Shown piece after piece: positions 1 through 8,421 of a DNA stretch of 64,000 nt. The position numbers and the translations under genes were made by a program. The first letter of the stretch is position 1. The number at the start of each line of letters is the position of its first letter. This DNA is from an uncultured virus (IMG/VR IMGVR_UViG_3300042318_000627) (taxonomy: Duplodnaviria > Heunggongvirae > Uroviricota > Caudoviricetes), in IMG/VR virus record IMGVR_UViG_3300042318_000627, positions 1 through 64,000 of that record; one strand, written 5' to 3'. Under the pieces are notes generated by a model. The model was not told the origin of the DNA, searched no databases, and saw only the letters and a list, made by a program, of their open reading frames with translations.

Positions 1-1725
1 TTCCATACCACCACCCATACCATCATGCTGATATTTGACATAGTTAAGATTTTTTGGATCACTACCTTCAACACGAGTCAATTCATATGGACTGATTGGA
101 TGCACCAAGTGAATGCCATATTCTGGTGATATTTCCAATCTCAAGAAAAAATCACCATATTTACAATTCTTTACAAATACTCCACTGTTTGGCATGATTG
201 AACCATTGGCATCTCTTCCACATACTGCAAAATTATGCCTATCATCTTCTCCATTTGGACCAACCACGGTCATGCAATATACGTCGGCGGTTTCATTAAC
301 AACTTCAATCCGAGCAACTTTGTGATTGGACACCACAAATGAATCCATATTTTCTTTTTGAATTCTTCGAAATTCTCTGTTATTAAGAGAAGACCACTCG
401 GAAATAAATTTTGGATTATTTTTTAAAGATTGATATGCCGCTTGCATGGAGATTGGAGAACCCCCATTAAACTTTACTTCATTGTATATATCCAACATTT
501 TACTTGACCATTTTACTTTCATTCGAAACTTTGCCATATCAGACCGAACTGGATCTTTCCACATTTCTGTTTTATTCTTTGCCCTGACACTATTGTGAGA
601 TTGATGAAGGTCGGAAGAATTGTATTTAATAAAATCCAGTACCGGTTTTCCTTTCATTTCTTTACTCAATCGCTCGCGTCTAGAACTTGAACGAAGATAC
701 TTGTCTATACCCATCAAACGTTTTTTTGTCACTTCCGGTGAGTGTAGAATTTTTTTACAATGGTCCGCGTGCAATTGGCGATGTGCAAAGAATTCCATTG
801 GTTCTAAATTTGGCGGAGTATTGTCGTATTTGTTAAAATTCTTGTGGTGCAAAATTCTATTTTCCTTGTCAGTTTCTATTCCAGACGATTTAGCCACCAA
901 CCGATGTGTGTAGTCATATTTATCGGTTTCTGGATTATATATCATCTCATACTCGTTCATTCCTCCTTTTTTTGGACTCAACTTGCGATAAAATGGCATC
1001 AAACTGTCATTTTCTAACAACTCATCTGCTCTCTTGGTAGTTCCGTTGCGAAGTATGAATGGATGTTCTGGCGCGGTTTCTATTACCGAGCCATCATCAA
1101 GTGTCACTTTTACAATTTTGTTTGATGTATAATTTTTGTTACACCACACAACTTTACCAGGAACAATCTTTTTAGTATCATCTTGTACAGAATAAACCCA
1201 AATTTCCTCACCGGCGTTTAATCGGTTTGATAGCGACTCTATAGTAATAATCTCACCCGATAGGATTGGAATTGGGGAATCGTATTTGACTGGCATGTTT
1301 CTGGTCCAACTCCACATATTGAACTCAACATTTAAAATATCATAAAACAAATTGTTGAGAATTTTTTTGATGTTTTCATTCTTTGAGCGAATTGTAAGAA
1401 CATTTCCAAATTCTGAAGGAACAAGGCACTCATCTGAGTAAATATCCAATGCAGATGCAATGATTGGGTCCATGTCCATTACATCATAATCTCTAAACAA
1501 TTCTAAACGACTTGCTTGATATGCCATAGACATATCGCGATTATGCAAGTTGTATGTACTGCTTCTTAATCTATTGAAACGATCACGCAAACTATTTCTG
1601 TCTGTTGCGTATTGAATTTCATCTGTGTCTATAACTTTTATCTTTTTTCCGCCAACATGACGCACGAGCACGTCCGTTGAGAACATCTTCTTTAGTCTTG
1701 TGAATATATCTTTTTGTTCTGCCAT
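1..1725 (-). CDS. Portal protein (T4 gp20-like), intein-containing, 3' end runs off the window
   Basis: Hand translation from ATG at 1725 is open to position 1 (absent from the ORF track because no stop is in the window). MAEQKDIFTRLKKMF...LFRDYDVMDMDPIIASALDIYSDEC...LFYDILNVEFNMWSWTRNM/CKYGDFFLRLEI matches gp20-type portal N-terminal motifs. Lies directly downstream of the terminase. Confidence 0.85.
   Translation of the reverse strand, partial: MAEQKDIFTRLKKMFSTDVLVRHVGGKKIKVIDTDEIQYATDRNSLRDRFNRLRSSTYNLHNRDMSMAYQASRLELFRDYDVMDMDPIIASALDIYSDECLVPSEFGNVLTIRSKNENIKKILNNLFYDILNVEFNMWSWTRNMPVKYDSPIPILSGEIITIESLSNRLNAGEEIWVYSVQDDTKKIVPGKVVWCNKNYTSNKIVKVTLDDGSVIETAPEHPFILRNGTTKRADELLENDSLMPFYRKLSPKKGGMNEYEMIYNPETDKYDYTHRLVAKSSGIETDKENRILHHKNFNKYDNTPPNLEPMEFFAHRQLHADHCKKILHSPEVTKKRLMGIDKYLRSSSRRERLSKEMKGKPVLDFIKYNSSDLHQSHNSVRAKNKTEMWKDPVRSDMAKFRMKVKWSSKMLDIYNEVKFNGGSPISMQAAYQSLKNNPKFISEWSSLNNREFRRIQKENMDSFVVSNHKVARIEVVNETADVYCMTVVGPNGEDDRHNFAVCGRDANGSIMPNSGVFVKNCKYGDFFLRLEISPEYGIHLVHPISPYELTRVEGSDPKNLNYVKYQHDGMGGGME
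166..1293 (-). mobile_element. Intein (376 aa) with HNH homing endonuclease, class-3-like
   Basis: In-frame insert between portal residues TRNM and CKYGDFF. Begins PVKYDSPIPILSGE. Block B is DGSVIETAPEHPF, block F is DVYCMTV...HNFAV, and it ends VFVKN followed by Cys+1. Internal HNH motif THRLVA...ILHHKNFNKYDNTPPNL. Confidence 0.88.
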
Positions 1726-1792
1726 AAGTATGTATATATATGAGCGTCTATTCTATAAATATATACTCATGATATTTTTATAAGATATATCA

Positions 1793-3448
1793 TCACAGCA
1801 GCCATGTTAGGTCTTCTGTTTTGCTTTGACCAGCCACACCACTTGGACCACCAATGCTCATTTTCCAAGGATTGCTGTAAACTCCATAAGGATTATTACC
1901 AGATTTATGCAATGCCACCATATTATTTTTTATCTGCTCACTTGAAGTGGAACCTATCTTTGATATTATAAGACGAGTAGATTCATCTGCTTCTTTTCTC
2001 AATCGCAATGCTACATCTCTTATCCACAATCCAATAGCCATTGACAATACGAGGTCATCATTATAACCAGTCATGGCTTCTGCTTTTGCAGATGATCCAC
2101 CGGTGTTTTTCCATATGAATACATTCAGTTCTTCCAACAATCGCTTGCTGTGTATGATTACTTCTTTATTGCGAATATAACTTTCAAGCTTAGATATTAG
2201 AAGCGGTCTGGACTTATTGGATGTGGTAAAGCCCGGTGTCATTTTGCGTTCTTCGGCATTTATCTTGTTTGTGGATTGAGATTCTACATCCACATATTGT
2301 AGGTCCGATGAACTATAAAATAGATTTGGATAGTTGCTGTCTAATACAACTTGTATAACTGCCCATCCTACGTTGGCATTTTCTATAACAAGCAATGCTT
2401 GATTATATTCAGTTGCAATCGTCATAAGCAATCGAGCATAATCACTTGTGGGTATTTTTCCTTTATATTCTGCCACTTGTTCCATTGTTTCTATTTCCAA
2501 AACTTGACATGCACTAAAGTCGGCGGCGTCTCCTCGACCAACGTCGGCACTTATCATATAACTCTTACCAGCTTCTGGATATTTGTATATCCACAATCCT
2601 TTGTCATGTCCTCGCTTTTCTGTTGGATCAATCGCGTGATTTTTTTCATACCATTCTAGTAGTGGAATATCAATAACGGTATTACCTGATGTGCTAAATT
2701 CACAATCACATTCTTGTGCCGCACCTTTTTCGCCGGACAACTTTGTTTGATCATCGCGCCATTTTTGATCGCGTTCTGGATGATGATTCCACGGTAAGCT
2801 AATGCGATTCATGTTGTTTAGACCAGATTCACTTTCTGTCCACATTTTGTGAAACCAATTACCCACACCATTCGGTGTAGACAACACAACCGCTTTACCA
2901 CCAGTAGCCAATGTGTATTGTGAAGACAACCAGATTTCGTCGATATTGTCGATGAACGCAGCTTCGTCAATGATCAGCAAAGATGCGGCACCTGAACGAC
3001 CGGCTGTACCCGCTGATGAAATAGCAACAATCTTGGAGCCGTTGGATAGTTTCAATGACAGTCGATTGTCTTCTGATTCTCGCAGTTTCAACCAACTTGG
3101 TAGATTGTCATTGGCAAAACGAACTTTGGTTACAATTGCTTTGGATGTTTCTTGAGTGATACTCAAACAAATAATTTCTTTGTTTTCATGAAACACCATG
3201 AGCCACAATGAATATCCAGCAACTAGTGTAGTAATACCCATCTGACGACTCTTGAGAATAATATTTTGGTCATACTTTATCAAGTCGGCCAAAGTTTTGT
3301 CTTGAAATGGATAAGTAAGAAATGGCAGTGTGCCGCGAATAGGATGTTGAATCTTCACATACTTCTTCATGAAGTATATTGGGTCTTTGGCACACTTTAT
3401 ATACTCTTCCCGAATTACATCTCTAATATTTTTTGTCGTATTAGACAT
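1793..3448 (-). CDS. terL: Terminase large subunit
   Basis: EYIKCAKDPIYF, LKSRQMGIT (Walker A region), LIIDEAAFI (Walker B), STPNG, nuclease ADVGRG..DFS and NDDLVLS. Confidence 0.95.
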   Translation of the reverse strand: MSNTTKNIRDVIREEYIKCAKDPIYFMKKYVKIQHPIRGTLPFLTYPFQDKTLADLIKYDQNIILKSRQMGITTLVAGYSLWLMVFHENKEIICLSITQETSKAIVTKVRFANDNLPSWLKLRESEDNRLSLKLSNGSKIVAISSAGTAGRSGAASLLIIDEAAFIDNIDEIWLSSQYTLATGGKAVVLSTPNGVGNWFHKMWTESESGLNNMNRISLPWNHHPERDQKWRDDQTKLSGEKGAAQECDCEFSTSGNTVIDIPLLEWYEKNHAIDPTEKRGHDKGLWIYKYPEAGKSYMISADVGRGDAADFSACQVLEIETMEQVAEYKGKIPTSDYARLLMTIATEYNQALLVIENANVGWAVIQVVLDSNYPNLFYSSSDLQYVDVESQSTNKINAEERKMTPGFTTSNKSRPLLISKLESYIRNKEVIIHSKRLLEELNVFIWKNTGGSSAKAEAMTGYNDDLVLSMAIGLWIRDVALRLRKEADESTRLIISKIGSTSSEQIKNNMVALHKSGNNPYGVYSNPWKMSIGGPSGVAGQSKTEDLTWLL

Positions 3449-3824
3449 AATTGTGAGGTTCGTATTTGGTATATAACGGATGTGTATAATTTGCCATTAC
3501 AATGTCTGGTATTTCATCATACACATATTTTCTAAATTGTGAAGCCGATGCATCAATAATCACACCCTCCACTTCCACCCAATCATGGTCTATGGTATAT
3601 TCATCATTTACTTCATCTAATGGACTAATAAATTGATATGCCGCTGGTTCGTCCAACGTGAAATTACCTTCAATATGTTTGGCATTTATTCCACGACTTT
3701 TTAGTTCTTTGACCAAATCTTTCGCGATAAACTCGCACATACCTTTTTCTGGGTATTTGTTCTTTACTCTGATTGCCAATCCTTCGATTATATCAGACTG
3801 GTGCAAGAACTGAGTCAATTTCAT
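3441..3824 (-). CDS. Small transglutaminase/papain-like (Cys-His-Asp) domain protein
   Basis: GMCEFIA...HDWVEVEGVIIDASASQF has the spacing of a Cys/His/Asp triad; overlaps the terL start. Confidence 0.55.
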   Translation of the reverse strand: MKLTQFLHQSDIIEGLAIRVKNKYPEKGMCEFIAKDLVKELKSRGINAKHIEGNFTLDEPAAYQFISPLDEVNDEYTIDHDWVEVEGVIIDASASQFRKYVYDEIPDIVMANYTHPLYTKYEPHNYV

Positions 3825-4413
3825 TATTGATTTTCTTTAACTCCTTTTCGCCATCTTTTATTTTCTTCAAACAAGTTTTCCAATCTTTTTCAACAAGTGT
3901 AGTCAATTCAGCACGCACATTATTATCCCATTCTTCAACAAATCCATTGGAATTGACATATGTTAGTTTCTTTGAGCTGTCTGATGCCAAATATTCTCTA
4001 CTTTCTTTCAGTTTACGCTTTATATCTTTCAAGTAAGATAATTCATTTTCCAATAGTTTCTTGGTTTCGTATAACTTGAATTTTCCTTTGACACGCAGTT
4101 GAGTTTCTTCTTCAACCAAACAATCAAAGCATTTTTCAGTTTTGAAATACATTTTGCGATCAAGTTTTGAACCCCAACGAACCTCGGTTCCACAGCATTT
4201 ACATTTATCGTTGGTTTCTATTCTAATGATGTCTGAAACTCTGGTTACTGCTGACGGACCATATTCTCTTTGTTCCCATTCTTTTCCACTGCTGTCTGTC
4301 CATCGTTCACCCGTTTTGCGAATGATAAACTTATCCTTATCGCCAGTATATCCTACTTTTATGTAGGGTCTTTCTCCCGCCAAATATGACTTAATTATAT
4401 CCGTGTTTTTCAT
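3793..4413 (-). CDS. Hypothetical protein with CxxC...CxxC and coiled coil
   Basis: 206-aa ORF in operon with terL; KCKCC...KCFDC. Confidence 0.7.
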   Translation of the reverse strand: MKNTDIIKSYLAGERPYIKVGYTGDKDKFIIRKTGERWTDSSGKEWEQREYGPSAVTRVSDIIRIETNDKCKCCGTEVRWGSKLDRKMYFKTEKCFDCLVEEETQLRVKGKFKLYETKKLLENELSYLKDIKRKLKESREYLASDSSKKLTYVNSNGFVEEWDNNVRAELTTLVEKDWKTCLKKIKDGEKELKKINNEIDSVLAPV

Positions 4414-4474
4414 AATGTTATAACCTTTTGTATATATATAAATGTTCGCTTCATTTATTCTTTGCGAACATTTA

Positions 4475-7400
4475 TTATATGGATATTCCTAAAATCGTTT
4501 TGGCTGCTTTTTGTATTGGAGCATATTCTGCTGATTCCAACCCCGCTTGAGTCAAACCTTCCTTGGCTCTTTCCAGTGCTTTGACTTGAACATCTTTTGG
4601 TAGAGTCTTCATGAGTGTCAGCAATCCAACATAACTTCTGAAGTTTTCAACATCTTGACCACTTGGCTTGCGTTTAAAAATAAGCTCAAATACTTTATTT
4701 ACGCTGTTGATACGATCTTCTGGTTTGCTTTCGCTGGCAGCAATGTCGGTATAAACATCCACCTTTTTACCTTGATAGTCCATATTCTTAGCCACAAGGC
4801 GATATGCCTTGCGCACACCGGCATGACCAGAACCGCTTGTATTGAGAGTATATTCTGCTGGTAGAGCATGTGTAGCATTGACTGATACAACACTCTTGCC
4901 TTTGGCATCAACCAAACTCTTCAACTGACCAGATTGTATCTTGAGTGCAGTTGAGTTGGTGACATACACCGCATTTGGCAGTGCGGTTGCTGCTCGTGTC
5001 AGACCGCGTAATAAAATAGCTCCTGCTAATCCTTTGATGCCAGTCGTCAAATCTTGCCATGGAGAATCTTTAATAAACTTGTTCCACTCAGATGGCTTTT
5101 CATAGCCTTGAGGGTCCAATGTCATTTCATCTCCTTCAAAGTCGATTTGAACAACCTGTTTTACCGGAGAATAATACCACAATGTGACTGTTTGACCTGC
5201 CAAAGCACGTTGATTTTTTGTACGACCAACATAATGAAAATTTTTACTAACTTTATTTTTTGGTGTTGCTTTCCATTCAACTTGCTTGTCATCAATACTG
5301 TCCAAATATGCTTCCATTGTGTCCAATTTTTCTTTTGGCACAATCACATCAATATCTCCAAAAGCAGATTTGTATTTAGCCAAATCTTTATATTTTGCAT
5401 CGCCGCTCATTAGATATTGAGAACTGCCGTTGAACACAAACCCATTTTCAATATATGGATTGTTCTTTTTCCAAAAACCTACCTTACTATTCAGTGCATA
5501 TATAAGTTCCTTCACATCACCAGATACAGCAGAACGAATGTCTTTGCCTTGTGGATCAACAATCCTGAGTTTTGTGGTGGCTTGGGCTGGTTGACCATTT
5601 ACGGTCTTTGACGTTTTGTCATCTACAGCAGCAACAGATTGACCAGACTCGGTCAATGATGCAATTGCTTCTCTGATTAGTTGCTTGGCTAGTTCTATAC
5701 CAAGATTTGCGTCGTGTTTTATTTTTTCAATATTTTTCATAGCTTCTGGTGTTTCTGCTTTTTCTAATTTTTTTGCAGTGCTGGCCGATTTCATATTTTT
5801 TATGAATGTATCCAGCACATATTTTACAAATTCTTCTCTGGATTTAAATGTTGTTCCATTCTTTGATACAACAACTCCTTTATCAAATGCTCTGTTATTA
5901 TCAAGTGCTTTACTCAAAGCAACCACGGTTTCGCATTTTTTCTTTAATGATGGATCGTTTGCATCCAATCCATAATAACCTTGTAATACTGATGAATTTA
6001 CTTTTGAAACACCAGCAAGATTGCCATAGAACTTCAATATATCCAAAAATACTTGATTTGGATTAAAGAACACAGGCTTTGAGTTTGTTTTGATCAGAGA
6101 TGACGCAACCTTGCCATCTATCGTATTTATATATGGATTGGTGTTTGATCCCAACACAACATTAAGAGCATCGGATAATGCACTCAATAGATTTCCAGTA
6201 ACAAATCCTTTTAGTCCTTTTTCCGGAGTTGTTCTAATTTTTGTCCATTCCGATGATACTTTATATGACAAAACCAAATCAACTTGAATTTTTTCACCAC
6301 CAACGTTGAATATTAAATATCCTGTACCAAAGTCTTTATCTTGAAAGTTTGGATATATATAACTTGGTTTTTTTTCTTGAATAAACTGGATAATCTTTTC
6401 TGAATACTTTTTATTAGATGCTAGTTGTGATGTTCTATCATTAGTTTCTTCTGGTAATATAATTTGAATATCTATATCACCATATTCTACACCATCTTTT
6501 TCTAAATCTTGTTTATAATACATTGCTGAACCTACCGGTCCATTGGATTCTATTGGAGGAAGATTTGAATATGCATTGAATTCTGAAACAAATTTATCCA
6601 TTGCACTCAAAATATTTAACACTTTCTTTGGAGTTATAATAGTTGATTGTGTAGAAGTAGATCTCCAACCGCCTTCACCAAACATTTCTTTTTCTATTTC
6701 ATTTACAACTTCCTCAGCAAAGTTTATATATGGATTAACTTCTGATACCGGCTCTGGCTTGTTTGCTATGAGAGTATTCCAAATTTCTTCTTTGTCTTTG
6801 TTGCCGACCGGTGGAAGATTTTTCAAGAATGATTCTTTATCATTGTTCATCAAAAATTCACGCATTTTTGTGCCACTTACATTCACTGTAGCAGTTCTTT
6901 CTACACCAATTTTTTTAATTTTATTAGCAGCCAACAACTCTGGATACTTTTTTAAATCTTCATCTTTGAAGTTTATTTCAACATCATCTTTGTCAGAATA
7001 CAAATTTATGGTTGGCATATCTGCGGCATCTTGAGTCAATCTTTGTTCCAACCACGCAAGTTCATGCATAATGGCCCGAACTGGAGAATCAACAAACTTT
7101 ACTTTTACATTCTTTGGCAAAGATGGAATAAACACATCACTCCATAGTTTTACAAAGTCATCTCCCTTTATAGGAAACTCACCCTTCTTTATTCTATCGG
7201 AAGATGATGTATAAACAATGACTCGATCATTTTCATTGGCTGCTTTTTCAATAAGCTTCCAGTGACCAATGTGCAGTGGCTTGCCAGCAATTGGAATAAG
7301 ACCAAGAGTTTTGTTGGTTGATCCCAACAACCCTTGTTTGGATGTCATCAAACGAATCGTATCATGAATATCATCTTTGATTTGAACAATGTTCTTTTTG

Positions 7401-8395
7401 TTGCCAGCAATCTGTTGTAGAGCATCAAAGAACTTCTTTAACTTTGGTTGATTCTTAGCAACATAAAAATTTGAATCTGAAATAACATCTTCTTCGGATT
7501 TTCCTTCAGTACCAATTGCGGCAAAAATATTTTGTATCAATGCTCTGATTTGTTGAAAGTATGCTGAAGCGGCTTCTGGTTCAAGTTTATATGCGTCCTT
7601 CTTTGCACCACGAACTCCAGCATCATATTGATCGGCTTGCACCAACTTGAAGAACTCTCCATTATCAAGCTTCATTACCACACCTTCTGTTGTGCCACCC
7701 AATGTAGATGGAACAGCCAAAATAGCCTCCGAAAATTTTGTTACAACATCAGTCGGATTGGTCCAATCAACATTTGTTAGTTTTGATCCAAACAACGGAT
7801 TCTTCAGCAGATTTTCCTTGCTGAGTTTTCCCTGAAAGAAGATAGGAAATGATGATATTTCCAACAAGTCTGCCATCTTGTTCACAGATTTGTAGTCTGT
7901 TATTTCTTGTTTCGGAATGGTATGCAAATCTCCGCCAACCACACGATACTGCACTTCACCATAACTTCTTAAAAACAAGCCACCCTTGTTGACATATGTA
8001 CGAGTCAAAGTGTCTTTGTTTTGAGCAAACTCAACGCTAAACTCAGTACTCTTTGGAATGCTGTTAATCTTATTGTTTATCTTAGACAAATGATCAAATA
8101 TCATGGAATATTGACCAATGCCAACAGAAGATTGGGATATATCACCCTTTTCTTTATCATTCAAATGAGCAAACTCTTTGGCATACAACACAGTTCCTTT
8201 GTATGCCACAACCCAATTCTTGGTATAATCTGCTTTATCAACTTGCTGTGTACGCACCAATGTCAGTTTTGTTCCATCCACCTTTTCGGTGATGACCATG
8301 TTCTGACTTAGTATTTCATTGGCTCTTTTTAGACGCAGTGACTCTGTTTTTGGTTCAAAAATATACTTTTTTAGGTTTTTTATAGAAATGTCCAT
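4475..8395 (-). CDS. Multidomain nucleotidyltransferase: ligase-like (KxDG) + HIGH-family NTase + two Pol-beta-type NTase domains
   Basis: ITEKVDGTK..EFSVEF..EGVVMK..FFKLV; GKPLHIGH..SGTKMRE; VGSAM..YGDIDIQ..IQVDLV; NGSSQ..FGDIDVI..VQIDFE. Confidence 0.75.
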   Translation of the reverse strand: MDISIKNLKKYIFEPKTESLRLKRANEILSQNMVITEKVDGTKLTLVRTQQVDKADYTKNWVVAYKGTVLYAKEFAHLNDKEKGDISQSSVGIGQYSMIFDHLSKINNKINSIPKSTEFSVEFAQNKDTLTRTYVNKGGLFLRSYGEVQYRVVGGDLHTIPKQEITDYKSVNKMADLLEISSFPIFFQGKLSKENLLKNPLFGSKLTNVDWTNPTDVVTKFSEAILAVPSTLGGTTEGVVMKLDNGEFFKLVQADQYDAGVRGAKKDAYKLEPEAASAYFQQIRALIQNIFAAIGTEGKSEEDVISDSNFYVAKNQPKLKKFFDALQQIAGNKKNIVQIKDDIHDTIRLMTSKQGLLGSTNKTLGLIPIAGKPLHIGHWKLIEKAANENDRVIVYTSSSDRIKKGEFPIKGDDFVKLWSDVFIPSLPKNVKVKFVDSPVRAIMHELAWLEQRLTQDAADMPTINLYSDKDDVEINFKDEDLKKYPELLAANKIKKIGVERTATVNVSGTKMREFLMNNDKESFLKNLPPVGNKDKEEIWNTLIANKPEPVSEVNPYINFAEEVVNEIEKEMFGEGGWRSTSTQSTIITPKKVLNILSAMDKFVSEFNAYSNLPPIESNGPVGSAMYYKQDLEKDGVEYGDIDIQIILPEETNDRTSQLASNKKYSEKIIQFIQEKKPSYIYPNFQDKDFGTGYLIFNVGGEKIQVDLVLSYKVSSEWTKIRTTPEKGLKGFVTGNLLSALSDALNVVLGSNTNPYINTIDGKVASSLIKTNSKPVFFNPNQVFLDILKFYGNLAGVSKVNSSVLQGYYGLDANDPSLKKKCETVVALSKALDNNRAFDKGVVVSKNGTTFKSREEFVKYVLDTFIKNMKSASTAKKLEKAETPEAMKNIEKIKHDANLGIELAKQLIREAIASLTESGQSVAAVDDKTSKTVNGQPAQATTKLRIVDPQGKDIRSAVSGDVKELIYALNSKVGFWKKNNPYIENGFVFNGSSQYLMSGDAKYKDLAKYKSAFGDIDVIVPKEKLDTMEAYLDSIDDKQVEWKATPKNKVSKNFHYVGRTKNQRALAGQTVTLWYYSPVKQVVQIDFEGDEMTLDPQGYEKPSEWNKFIKDSPWQDLTTGIKGLAGAILLRGLTRAATALPNAVYVTNSTALKIQSGQLKSLVDAKGKSVVSVNATHALPAEYTLNTSGSGHAGVRKAYRLVAKNMDYQGKKVDVYTDIAASESKPEDRINSVNKVFELIFKRKPSGQDVENFRSYVGLLTLMKTLPKDVQVKALERAKEGLTQAGLESAEYAPIQKAAKTILGISI

Positions 8396-8421
8396 GCTTA
8401 TAAGTATATATCACCGGTTTA

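Noticed and set aside
1793..3448. Intein or intron in the terminase
   Set aside because: The 551-aa ORF has contiguous ATPase and nuclease motifs with no insert.
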